Below are positions 6,847-16,600 of a stretch of 27,293 nucleotides of DNA, piece by piece. Source of the DNA: a virus (taxonomy: Duplodnaviria > Caudoviricetes); the IMG/VR virus record IMGVR_UViG_3300049781_000022, positions 1 to 27,293 of that record; one strand, given 5' to 3'. The stretch's first letter is position 1. The number at the start of each line of letters is the position of its first letter. The notes beneath the pieces are model-generated. The model was not told the DNA's origin, did no database searches, and saw only the letters and a program-made list of their open reading frames with translations. Made by a program: the position numbers and the translations under genes.

Positions 6847-7157
6847 GCCCCTGCCCCCTTCATCACCATCACCAGCGGCAGCACAATCCCTACGATCGGG
6901 ATGATGACCGAGGCGACCAGCCACCTGCGGGTCTGCGTCATCCGGTCCGCGTCCTGCTGCCGCAACGCCTGGAGTCCTTCCACTGCTTTCGACAGGTCGG
7001 CGAGTTCTCGGGCGACACTGGCCTTTTCGACCACGTACACGTCCTGCGACACCATGCGATCCAGCCGGGCATTCAGCCCGGCCAGGTCGTCACGGATGTC
7101 ACCGCGCATCAGCTCGATGAGCCGCCCCAGCTCGCCCAGAGACGGCTCATCGGCCAT
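6843..7157 (-). CDS. Lysis-cassette membrane protein (coiled coil + single C-terminal TM)
   Basis: WLVASVIIPIVGIVLPLVMVM hydrophobic C-terminus; lies directly after the holin. Confidence 0.8.
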   Translation of the reverse strand: MADEPSLGELGRLIELMRGDIRDDLAGLNARLDRMVSQDVYVVEKASVARELADLSKAVEGLQALRQQDADRMTQTRRWLVASVIIPIVGIVLPLVMVMKGAGA

Positions 7158-7184
7158 GTCGTGCTCCGAGGGTGGCTAAGACGC

Positions 7185-7550
7185 TCAGGAGACCGGGCGG
7201 ACAGCCCGCTTCACGGCCGACGCCGGAACGGGTGCGGTCACCTGTGCGCGGTCGAACATCGCCACGACGGCGGCGGCCACGGACAGCACGACGGCCTGCC
7301 GCTCGGCAGACCAGTCCAGGCCGAAGCCGACCGCCAGCGCGAGCGTGGCCTGGACGAAGCCGAGGACGGCGGCGCCGACACCGTCGTTGGCCATCACCGC
7401 CAGGATGAGTCCGACCAGCGCGGCGGCGAGCGCGTTCACCACGGCCTGCTGCTCGCCGCTGACGTCGAGGCCGAACGCGGCGGCCATCTTCACGAGGACG
7501 GCTACGAGGCCGAGCCACAGGGACGGCTCGCGGCCGAGGAGGGTTCTCAC
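7185..7550 (-). CDS. Holin (about 4 TM segments)
   Basis: Very hydrophobic 121 aa with an internal duplication (FGLDVSGEQQAVV / FGLDWSAERQAVV), immediately after the endolysin. Confidence 0.8.
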   Translation of the reverse strand: MRTLLGREPSLWLGLVAVLVKMAAAFGLDVSGEQQAVVNALAAALVGLILAVMANDGVGAAVLGFVQATLALAVGFGLDWSAERQAVVLSVAAAVVAMFDRAQVTAPVPASAVKRAVRPVS

Positions 7551-7586
7551 AGGAGTCTCCTTGAAGAGAGGGGATGAGATGAGGGG

Positions 7587-8495
7587 TCAGACGTTGGGCA
7601 CGTGGAGCTTGTCCCAGCTGGTTTTTCCGGGGATTCCGTCAGCGTCGGATCCGGTGTAGCCCAGCTTTTTTTGCCAGCGCCGGTACGACTCGCGGTCGGC
7701 GTTCGTCCAGTTGGGCCCGGGCCCGCTGCGGTACGCGCCACAGCCTTCGGCGACCAGCCGGCGGCCCATCGCGGTGATGATCGCGGAGTGGCGGCCGCCG
7801 TGGAAGAAACCGGCGCCGGGGAACGGCTCGTACGAAGGTGACGGCTTCGGGCTGGGCTTCGACGGCGCGGGAGTGTTGGGCTTCGACGGGCCCGGCGAGG
7901 ACGAGCCCAACCGGCCCTTCACACGGGACCGCATCGAGGACATCGTGAAGCCCTTTGGGTCGACCTTGCCCGGCTGCCACTCCAGGTGCCCGATCACCGA
8001 CCGCTCGTTCCAGTTGTGCGCCCGGCAGATCGCGGCCGAGACCTTCTCGATCGCCTCGAGCTGGGCCTTCGGCCACGGGTCCTTCCCGTCGCCCAGGTTC
8101 TCGCATTCGAAGCCGTAGAAGCGGGCGTTGCCGTCGGTGTTGGCCTCGTTGTCGGTCGGCACGGGGCGCTCGTCGATGACGGCCTGGAGGACGTCGTCGT
8201 CGCCGAGACCGGCGTGGTTCGCCCGGCCGTAACCGACGAGATAGACGGTGCCGTCCTTGGCGATGACGCCGTGGCACAGCGGGCCGGGCAGGGACGCGTG
8301 CCCGTTGCGGCAGAGGTCGACCGTGTCCTGGGTGCCTCGGGTGACGGTGTGGTGGATCATCACGCCGTGCATGGGGCCCCAGGCGCCCTTGCTGTTGCGG
8401 TTGTGAGTCCGCCAGCTGCCGACCTCGCGGACGGTCAGGCCCTCGTCTCGGAGTGCCTTCAGAAATGCGGCGGCGCTCAACGGCTTCGCCATCAC
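7587..8495 (-). CDS. Endolysin: N-acetylmuramoyl-L-alanine amidase with C-terminal peptidoglycan-binding domain
   Basis: GVMIHHT, GRANHAG, YGFECEN, VIGHLEWQPGKVDP (Amidase_2 Zn motifs); Pro/Ser linker; WQKKLGYTGSDADGIPGKTSW PG-binding motif. Confidence 0.95.
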   Translation of the reverse strand: MMAKPLSAAAFLKALRDEGLTVREVGSWRTHNRNSKGAWGPMHGVMIHHTVTRGTQDTVDLCRNGHASLPGPLCHGVIAKDGTVYLVGYGRANHAGLGDDDVLQAVIDERPVPTDNEANTDGNARFYGFECENLGDGKDPWPKAQLEAIEKVSAAICRAHNWNERSVIGHLEWQPGKVDPKGFTMSSMRSRVKGRLGSSSPGPSKPNTPAPSKPSPKPSPSYEPFPGAGFFHGGRHSAIITAMGRRLVAEGCGAYRSGPGPNWTNADRESYRRWQKKLGYTGSDADGIPGKTSWDKLHVPNV

Positions 8496-8632
8496 GTGCT
8501 CGCTTCTCCCCGCGCCCTTGGTGTTCAGGCGTTCTGCGCACCACCAGGGATGCGTCCCTCAGGGTGAAGCAGGGGCGGAGGGTCGCCCGTTGGTCTCAGG
8601 CTACGGTCGGCCGGGGCCGGGATTGCCCCTGC

Positions 8633-8947
8633 TCACTCCTCCGGCGGCTGCGGGTCCAGGAGCGCGGCGGACAGGATGGTGGCGCGCTTGCTGCACAGGC
8701 CGCAGTAGATGACGACGTTGCTGCCGTTGTTGGAGTACATCATCGGCACTTCTTGGACGATGTTGTAGTTGGGGCAGGTGCTGGTGGCGCAGCAGCACGT
8801 GGCCGAGTACCACAGGTACGGCTGGAAGAAGACCGGCTCGGTGGGCTGGAGCGGCGGCTCGGTGCTGGGCTCCGGGTCGGTCTCGGTCGGCGGCTCGACG
8901 GGCGGATCGTCGGTGGCGGCCTGCTCGGTGTTGATGGTGTCGCTCAT
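8633..8947 (-). CDS. Small Cys-rich (Zn-ribbon-like) tail-associated protein
   Basis: ATGA overlap at 8944-8947; acidic Pro-rich N-terminus, then CCCATSTCPN...CGLC. Confidence 0.7.
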   Translation of the reverse strand: MSDTINTEQAATDDPPVEPPTETDPEPSTEPPLQPTEPVFFQPYLWYSATCCCATSTCPNYNIVQEVPMMYSNNGSNVVIYCGLCSKRATILSAALLDPQPPEE

Positions 8948-10641
8948 GATCCAATGACCATCCAGTTCACTGTGGTGGCGGTTGTGTTTTCGCGGTTGAC
9001 CCACACCGTCAGCCCGGTTGCGCTGACGGAGGAGACGCTGACGCCGGTGACGCCCGCGCCGGGCGGAGTGGCGGCTGCGCGGTATCCGGGAACGGTGCTG
9101 TTCGCGGTGGCGTAGCCGCGGAAGGTGGTCCCGGCAACGTTGAGGCCGCTGACGATGGTGCTGGTCGGCGTGTAGGCAGCCGCAGGAGTAATCGTCACCG
9201 TGCCGGTGGCGATGTTCGGCGCGTTGAGCATGCCGCCGATCGTGAGGTTCCCGGCCAGGTCGAGAGACATCCGGTAGGCGCCTGCGTCGGTGTTGTACAG
9301 GCGCATCATGTAGCCGGTGTGTCCTGCTGCCGTCTCCGCATAGACGGCCGTGTTGCTGCTGGCGGGTGGTGTTCCGTGGAAGCGGGCACGGAGCTGTGCG
9401 TTGCCTGGGGTGAAGACGATGTCGGTGTACGGGATGGTCTGCCGCGTGTCCAGATATCCGAAGATTCCGGAGCCGTTCAGGAGCTGGATGCGGCCGCCGA
9501 TGCTGGTGGTCTGGGCACCGTTCCGGACTCGCTCGGCGATCCAGAAGTCGTTCCCCAGGTAGGTCCGCCACTGCATGTCGGAGAAGCCGTTGCCGGTGAA
9601 CACTCCGCAGCTCGTTACGAAGTCGGCGTCGGTCGAGTTGTTGGAGACGACAGCGAAGCCCGCGTTGTTGAGGCCGTCGGCTGAGCTGAAGTGCAGTGAG
9701 GGGTAGTCGTCGTCGGGGTCGATCTGGATGATGGCCCCGTTGGTGCCCTCGAGGAGGAGTCCCCGCCCGGACAGTTCCCCGACTGGGCGTCCGGTGTCGT
9801 CGTAGACGAGGATCTTGTTGGCCCCGGCCTCGTTGACGGTGATCCGCTCACCACTGGTGGCGGTCTGGATCGTGGAGCCGGTGATGGTGCTGCCCGTGAT
9901 GGTGCCGGTGAAGGTTGCGTCCCCTGTCGCCGCGTCGAGGTTCACCTTCAGCACGTCCGAGGAGTCGTAGACCTTCAAGCCATCGGCATTCAGCTCGACC
10001 CGGGCTCCGGCGGGGTCACCGGCGACGATGCGCGTGGCGAGGGCGATGATGGCAGCGAGCTTGTCCGCCTCGACGGCGCCCGCGGCGATCGTCTCGGCCG
10101 TGACGCTTCCGGCGGTCAGGTCCGGCCCGTCCACCTGCGTGGGCGTGCCCGCTGTCTCGGCCGACGGGGCGCCAGCGACGCCGGACGTGTTGACGCCTAC
10201 GAGCCGCACGTAGTGCGCGGCGTACGGCAGGGGTGTCACCGGCAGCATGCCGCCGTCCCCGGCTCTCGTGATGGTGCCCACGAACGTTGCCACGGACGGG
10301 GTGAAGCCGGAGCTGGTGGATACGTGAACGGCGGCGTGGTCGAAGTCGAGCGGCAGGGTGGAGCTGTCAGCGAGGGCCCCGTCCCAGGTGACGCGGAGCC
10401 CGGCGATGGACGGGGTGACAATCGGCGCGGACAGCGCTCCGGGCGGAGGGCCATTCTGTGCGACCACGCCAACGGTGCCGTCCGATTGGACTCCGAGAGT
10501 CACCCGCAGCGCGCCGGTTTCGTCCTTCACCTCCAGGGCGGCGTTCTCGATGCTCGCGCCGTGCGCGACGCGCTGTCCTTTGCGAATCTCGGCGACCTCG
10601 CGGCGCAGCCGGGCGACCTCCTGAGCGAGGGAGTTGTACAT
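8944..10641 (-). CDS. Minor tail protein / central fibre (FnIII-like region, C-terminal lectin/gp53-like domain)
   Basis: Start MYNSLAQEVAR at 10641; GLRVTWDG...YVRLVGVNTSG FnIII-like segment; ATFTGTITGSTITGSTIQT beta-helix-like repeat; C-terminal IATGTVTI...VNWMVIG. Confidence 0.8.
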   Translation of the reverse strand: MYNSLAQEVARLRREVAEIRKGQRVAHGASIENAALEVKDETGALRVTLGVQSDGTVGVVAQNGPPPGALSAPIVTPSIAGLRVTWDGALADSSTLPLDFDHAAVHVSTSSGFTPSVATFVGTITRAGDGGMLPVTPLPYAAHYVRLVGVNTSGVAGAPSAETAGTPTQVDGPDLTAGSVTAETIAAGAVEADKLAAIIALATRIVAGDPAGARVELNADGLKVYDSSDVLKVNLDAATGDATFTGTITGSTITGSTIQTATSGERITVNEAGANKILVYDDTGRPVGELSGRGLLLEGTNGAIIQIDPDDDYPSLHFSSADGLNNAGFAVVSNNSTDADFVTSCGVFTGNGFSDMQWRTYLGNDFWIAERVRNGAQTTSIGGRIQLLNGSGIFGYLDTRQTIPYTDIVFTPGNAQLRARFHGTPPASSNTAVYAETAAGHTGYMMRLYNTDAGAYRMSLDLAGNLTIGGMLNAPNIATGTVTITPAAAYTPTSTIVSGLNVAGTTFRGYATANSTVPGYRAAATPPGAGVTGVSVSSVSATGLTVWVNRENTTATTVNWMVIGS

Positions 10642-10643
10642 GG

Positions 10644-11753
10644 TCAGGCCACCTCCGGGGCGCCGTAATGGAAGGAGTCCGCGCGCTTGAGGGTCAGGGT
10701 GATCTGGTCCTCGCCACCCTGCCCGGCGCCCGGCCGGACCGACTCGGCGGTGATGCGGGACCAGCCGGACCAGGACACCCACTCGTTGTTGACCTGCACG
10801 GCGACGTCGTCACCGATCTGCCAGGAGCCGATCGGGGCGGCCGGATGGTGTCTGACTTGGATGGATTCGACGTCGCCCATGATCTGGCGGCGCTTTCGCT
10901 CGGCGGTCGCGCGGCGGCCGAGGACGTCGTTGCCGTTGACGGTGGGCAGGGCGAGGACGGACTCGAGCCGGAGGCCGCCGTCTCGGACGGTGTTCACGGC
11001 GAAGCGGGTCGCGGTGCCCTCGCCGGATCCGGTGGCGATGACGGTGTTGGCGTAGTCATCGCCGGAGTAGCCGACAGGCGGGGAGTCGACGATGTTCACG
11101 CCGGACCGGAATGAGATGTCGCTGCGGCGGGCGCCGAGCCGCGGGTAGCCGAGGAGGATACGGCGCTTCACCGTGCCGTTGGACTGGTACTCGGTGTGGT
11201 TCGTGTACTGCGGGGCGCCGTCCTCGCTGACGAGGTCGTCCACCAGTTCGCCGAGCACTGGTGTCTCGTACCAGTGGGAGGCCCACGGCTCGGCGGGCGT
11301 GCCAGCCGTCGCGCTCGAGGTGGTCGGATCGACCACGACGCCGAGATTCCCGTCGGGCTGTTCCTGGGCGTAGGCCCAGATGTCGCGGATGATTTTGCAG
11401 GGGTCGCCGTAGGTGTAGGGTCCGCGCCCGTTCAGGTTGCCGTGGCTGTCGTGCCTCTTGGTCAGGTACGACGACCAGCCCGCGCCCTCGATCTGGTACT
11501 TGCCGTCCTCCGGTTTCACGGACCACACCAGGCCGCCCCAGCGCAGGTAGCCGTCGGCCTCGACGTACAGCAGGGCGAGGCGCGGGATGAGCGTGTCGAC
11601 GTTGGCTTTCACGAAGCGGGGCGCCAGTGTGCCGGAGAAGGTGCCGGGCCCATTCAGCTCGCGCCCGAACTCCACGTCGCTCATCGGCAGCGTCGGGTGC
11701 AGCATCTGCCCGGTGAGGGCGTGCTGTGTCCAGTACCGCCAGCGGGCCGCCAT
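10644..11753 (-). CDS. Minor tail (baseplate hub-like) protein
   Basis: RELNGPGTFSGTL, LRWGGLVW, YANTVIATGSGEG, WQIGDDVAV motifs typical of actinophage hub-type minor tail proteins; position in the tail module. Confidence 0.82.
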   Translation of the reverse strand: MAARWRYWTQHALTGQMLHPTLPMSDVEFGRELNGPGTFSGTLAPRFVKANVDTLIPRLALLYVEADGYLRWGGLVWSVKPEDGKYQIEGAGWSSYLTKRHDSHGNLNGRGPYTYGDPCKIIRDIWAYAQEQPDGNLGVVVDPTTSSATAGTPAEPWASHWYETPVLGELVDDLVSEDGAPQYTNHTEYQSNGTVKRRILLGYPRLGARRSDISFRSGVNIVDSPPVGYSGDDYANTVIATGSGEGTATRFAVNTVRDGGLRLESVLALPTVNGNDVLGRRATAERKRRQIMGDVESIQVRHHPAAPIGSWQIGDDVAVQVNNEWVSWSGWSRITAESVRPGAGQGGEDQITLTLKRADSFHYGAPEVA

Positions 11754-12703
11754 CAGAGGCGGCCTTCCAGGAACTCCACATCGATCTTGAAGGTGGTGGC
11801 GCCGTCAACGCCGATCTTTCCTGCGTTGGATGAGCGGGTGCGCATGCGGGATTTGAACGGCTGGGATGTGCCCCGCATCGCCGCACCGGTCGTCGTGGTG
11901 AGGCTGATCGTCTCGACCATCTCCACGTAGATGCGGCGGGCGGCGGTGCCCTGGTTGTCGTCGATGCTCACCCACTGGACTGCTTCTTCGGTGCCCAACT
12001 GGAAGCGAAAGCCTCCCCAGACGTTGCCGTCTGCGAGGCGCAGGTTCGACACGGAGAACACGATCTTCGCGGTGGCGGCCCAAGAGGGAATCGCCAGGTT
12101 CGCCATGGTCAGGTTGGGGTGCGTCTTCCACGTCTCGGAGGTCCCGGATATCTCGACCAGCGGGTCCTGCGCGTAGTACGGGGTGAGGATCCGGTCCCGG
12201 CGCGGGTTCGCGACCTGCCGCAGGTCCACGATCATGGCGTTGGTGATGGTCGCGGTGGACGCGGGGATGTCGATGCGCGCGATCGGGATGGCCGAGTACC
12301 CGGACGGTACCGTCGTCGCCGAGCTGGATACGTTGGAGACGACCTCCCAGAACACGATCGGGTCGACCTCGGGGTCCCGGGTGCCCTCGTACTCGGGATC
12401 CTCCACCCGCAGCACGATCATGTCGGAGCGGGAAGAGCCGCCCGTCGGAGAGATGCTGACGGTGTCCACGCCGATGTTGTAGGCGCTGTAGTGGCCCTGA
12501 ACCGGGGACACCTTTCCGGCGATGACCGCCGAGCCGTCCGCGATCTGCACCCCGCCCCCGGGCGTCGACAGGGCCGTCACCTTCAGGTCGCTGCCCTCGG
12601 TGATGCCCTGGTTTCCGCGCGCCAGGTCTTTGACCATCATGCGGAACTGCTGGGCGGTGTGCATCGCGCCGGTGGTGGCGATCGGGGTGGGGTTCAGAGC
12701 CAT
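11753..12703 (-). CDS. Minor tail protein
   Basis: SRSDMIVLRVEDPEY...IPIARIDIPASTATITNAMIVDLR motif typical of actinophage minor tail proteins. Confidence 0.82.
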   Translation of the reverse strand: MALNPTPIATTGAMHTAQQFRMMVKDLARGNQGITEGSDLKVTALSTPGGGVQIADGSAVIAGKVSPVQGHYSAYNIGVDTVSISPTGGSSRSDMIVLRVEDPEYEGTRDPEVDPIVFWEVVSNVSSSATTVPSGYSAIPIARIDIPASTATITNAMIVDLRQVANPRRDRILTPYYAQDPLVEISGTSETWKTHPNLTMANLAIPSWAATAKIVFSVSNLRLADGNVWGGFRFQLGTEEAVQWVSIDDNQGTAARRIYVEMVETISLTTTTGAAMRGTSQPFKSRMRTRSSNAGKIGVDGATTFKIDVEFLEGRL

Positions 12704-12713
12704 GGTGGTCTCC

Positions 12714-13610
12714 TCAGAGGGCCTTGTAGGTCGGCCACCAGGTGACGGCCAGGGTGCTGGTCAGGGTCGGGTCGGTGGCGGTCCACTGGAGTTCGTTCAG
12801 CCCTGGGGTGAGGACGAATTCGTCGATGCGGGAGCGCGGCGCGAGCGGCGCGCCGCCGCCGTTGTCGCGCAGCACGGTCCGCCAACCGGGTCGGGTGTCG
12901 ACCTCCACCCACTCCCCAGCCGTGAGCGTGGTCTGGACCGTCAGCGTCCGGCCGGAGGCGACGTGGGTGATCGTGGGGTTCGAGCAGGGGCCGGTGACCC
13001 GCAGGATCGGCCATGCGGGGGCGGTGCCGTCGACCTCGAGGAATCCGGGCCTTCCGACCGCCTCGGGGTCGCCTGCGATGGTCAGCGGGAAGGCCAAGGG
13101 GAACGTCAGGCCGCCGGAGGTCAGCAGGCCAAGAGGGATCGACGTGGTGCCGGTCTCGTCCGCGTAGAAGTAGTGGTCCTGGGCCTGGAACTCGATGTCG
13201 CACGGCGCGAAGCCGTGGATCATCTGGCCAAGATCCGGCTCGAGCTTCCGGAGGCGGCCGCGGACAGTGCGGGCCGGGCGGCCGGGCAGCTTGAGGCGGA
13301 GGTCCATGGTGGAGCCGCCTCCGCCGCGTACCGCCGTGGTGTCGGCGGCGTCCTGGAGCGCGGCGAGCTGGTCGAGGACGCTGCCGGGGCTGCCGACGAT
13401 GCGGATGGCGGCGTCGATGCGGATGACGCGGCCGCCGTAGTAGTCGCGCCCGATCCATAGACCGTCTTCGCTGGGGGGCTCCACATCGCTGGTGCGGACG
13501 GGCGGCTGACCCAGGCCCTCGATCGCACGCACCTGCACGTCGGTGCCGGGGCCGATGAGGACGCCTCCCAGCTCGTGCTGCCAGTCGGCCAGCTCTACCG
13601 GTGTGCTCAC
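12714..13610 (-). CDS. Distal tail (Dit-like) protein
   Basis: Directly after the tape measure (GTGA overlap); GRDYYGGRVIRID, IEFQAQDHYFY, GTAPAWPILRVTGP, LTPGLNEL. Confidence 0.85.
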   Translation of the reverse strand: MSTPVELADWQHELGGVLIGPGTDVQVRAIEGLGQPPVRTSDVEPPSEDGLWIGRDYYGGRVIRIDAAIRIVGSPGSVLDQLAALQDAADTTAVRGGGGSTMDLRLKLPGRPARTVRGRLRKLEPDLGQMIHGFAPCDIEFQAQDHYFYADETGTTSIPLGLLTSGGLTFPLAFPLTIAGDPEAVGRPGFLEVDGTAPAWPILRVTGPCSNPTITHVASGRTLTVQTTLTAGEWVEVDTRPGWRTVLRDNGGGAPLAPRSRIDEFVLTPGLNELQWTATDPTLTSTLAVTWWPTYKAL

Positions 13611-16600
13611 CGTGCCCCCACTCCGCCGCGCGCGAGACGCCGCAGCTGGTACGAGTTGTCCGCGTCGATCCGGCGGGCCGTCTCGGAGGCGCTGCCGCCC
13701 GAGGTGACGTGCCAGGTCTGGGTGCCGACCAGCGGGCCCTGCTCGCGGATGATGACGACGCGGCCGCCGTCGCCCGCCGGGGTGATGCCGAGCCCGAAGC
13801 GGTGCGCGACATCGCCGAGGACGTTGGTGGCCGCCTGCCGCTTGTTGGGGGCGAAGGGGATGTACGCCTCGCCGTGTGTCTGGGGCTCGGCGAAGCGGAC
13901 GATGCCGCCGCGGGTGGCGTACATGCCCGCTCGGATGCCGCCGTCCGCGTAAGCCTGCCCCTTCTGCGCCTTGGCCAGGTCGCCGAGGAACTGGCTCGCG
14001 CGGGAGCCGAGCGCCTTCGAAATCTGCGACTTGGCCTTGCCCGCGACGGTGATGATCTCGTCCTCGCCCAGGCCCGTCTTGTCCGCCACCTGGTGGATGC
14101 CCACCTTGCTGGAGGTGATTGCGGCGATGATCTGCACCATCTCCGCGACCTGCTCGCTGGTCAGCTGGGTGTTCGCCTTCTTCGCCGCGTCGTTGGCCTT
14201 CTTCGCCTTCTTCTTGTCCTTCACGGCGGAGGAGGCGATGTCGACCGCGGCCTGGTCGCCCTGGGCGGCGAGCTGCGCGGCGAGGTCGCCGTAGCCCATG
14301 GAGGCGAGCTTGGCGAGGTCGGCCTGGAACTTCGTGTTCGAGCTGTTGGCCTTCTCAAGCTGCCGGGTGTAGTCCGTCAGGCTGGCCTTGGCGGTCTTGG
14401 CCAGGTCGCGTAGTTGCTTGGCCATCAGCTCGATGTATTTCTTCGAGCCGTGCGCCATTTTTTTGGTGAGCGCGACGCCGTCCGCGCCCATACCAGCCAG
14501 GGCCTCGGCGACGTCTGATCCGACGCGGTCGGAGACCGTCTCGAGATCCCGGTTCCAGGCGCGTGCTGCCTTCGCCGTGGACATGAGCTTCTTCTCGACC
14601 GCGGCCAGGCTGAAGTAGTCGACTTCCTTGGTCGTGTACTTCCCGTTCTTGCCCTTGACCTTGACTTTCTTGGTCTTGTGTCCGGCCTGCCCGGCGTCGG
14701 AGGAGGAGTAGAGGGACCCGGTGTTGGGGTCGTAGCGCCAGTCGGTGACGTTGCCGTCCGCGTTCCACTGGATCGCGGAGGGGTCGCCGCCGAGGCGGCG
14801 CACGATCTCCTCGGTGATGGCACGGGAGCGGGGCCGCTTCGCCGGGGCGAAGGGGACGTAGCCTTCCCCGCCGGTTTCTGGCTCTCCCCATACCCGCCAG
14901 GATCCGGCGGGGGCGATCTGGGCGACGTGGTTCTCGGACCCGCCGGCGAAGCGCTTGGTGCGGCCGCGCTGGATGCCGCCGCCTGCGTAGTAGTCGACGA
15001 CCCCGCCGTTCGCGAATCCGCCGAAGCCGCCGAGGGCGGATATGGCGGCCCGGGCCGCCCCCACCCCTGTGGCGACCACGTTGATCGAGACAGTCTTGCC
15101 ACTGATGGCGTTGATGGCGGCCCGGATCGCGGATGCCTGGGACGTGGGGGTGCCGGTGGGCACGCTGATGGTGACGGTCTTCCCGCGCGTACTCTTGATC
15201 TTGTAGCCGAGTGCTTCGAGTTGGCGGCGTCCTTCGGCGGTGGGCACGCGCATGGTGATGGTCTTGCCCTTGGAGTTTTTGACCTTGCTTTGCAGGGTCT
15301 CGAGATCCCTGATGGCGCCCCGGGTCTCCGCGCTGATCTTGACGTTCTTGCCCTTGACCTTGGACTGCTGGGCCACGTAGTCGGCGAGGGCTTTCTTCGC
15401 GCCCGCGGTCTCTGCCGTGATCTTGTATTGGCGGGTCCCCGGAATCATCTTGATCTTCAGGCCGAGGTCTTCCAGCTTCTTCTTCGCATCCTCGCCGAGG
15501 GCATCGACCTTGATGGTCTTCCGGTCCGGGACCTGCTCGAACTGCGCCTGCACCGCCAACAGCTCGGCGAGCGTCGAGTCCAGCCCCTTGGCCTGGAGGA
15601 GGATGCTGACCTGGCCGGGAATCAGGCCGAGGGAGTCGGCGGCCCCTTCGGCCTGGGACTTGGTGAGGCCATAGTTCTGCGCGAGGGAGACCGCAGCGTC
15701 CCGGGACTTCTGCATCTCCCCACGGGCCGCCGCCAGCTTCGTCGGCAAGTCCTTGCCTTGTGAGTCGGCGAAGTCGTAGGCCGCGATAGCCGCAGTACCG
15801 GAGGCGTCGGTCAGGTTGTTCAGCGTGCTGAAGAGGGCCTGCCCGTTCTTCGTGGTCGTGTTCAACGCCCCGTTGGACTGGATCAGCGCCTTGCCGTAGC
15901 CCTGCGACTTGTCGATACCCTCCCGCATCGCATCGTTGGCCTGCGTGATCGCCTCGTTCACGCGAGCCTGCGCGGCCTGGAGACTGACACTGCCGCCCGA
16001 CAGGAGGTCCAGCGACTGGCGCAGCGCCCGAGTCCGCGAGTCGGCGTCCGCGGTCTTGTCGGCCAGTTCCCCGACCGCGGCCTTCAGCCGGTCGTACGCC
16101 GATGCACCCGTGTTGCCAGCGATGGCGTCGTTGAGATCCTTGGCCTTGCCCCGTGCGGTACTCGCGTCGGCGCCGAGCTGCTTCAGTGCCGCAGAGGCAT
16201 TGAGGTACTTCGTCTGCGCCTTGATGTCTCCCGCTTTACCGGCCTCCACCGCGAGACCGGCCATCTTCTTGCTGATGCTGTCGATCGACTTGCCGTGGCC
16301 GAGATAGGCGTCGGTGACTTCCCTGAGGCTGTATCCCTCCTTGTTGAGCAGCCCGATGAGGGACTGCTTGTTGCCGCCGAGGGTCGTGTTGTACTTGGCC
16401 TGCTGGATCTGCTGGGCGGCGAGCTGGCGGACCTGCTGGTTGAGTTGTCCGTTGGACTGCTGGAACGCTCCGGTGAGCGCGTCCACCTGGGCTTTGTGCT
16501 CGGCTGCGGCCTGGGCGGCTTTCTGCTGCTGGTTGGCGTACAGACCGAGGCCGAGGGTGGCGGCTGTGATAGCGACGCCCCACGGGCCGCCGAGTGCGCC

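Noticed and set aside
8496-8632. Short inverted repeats upstream of the endolysin as a defined ncRNA or promoter
   Set aside because: Only 5-8 bp GC-rich stems and a lone TAGCCT; not distinguishable from chance without comparative data.
14458-14464. A7 run (ACC AAA AAA ATG) in the tape measure as a programmed frameshift
   Set aside because: The zero frame continues through conserved C-terminal motifs and I saw no convincing alternative product; likely drift.
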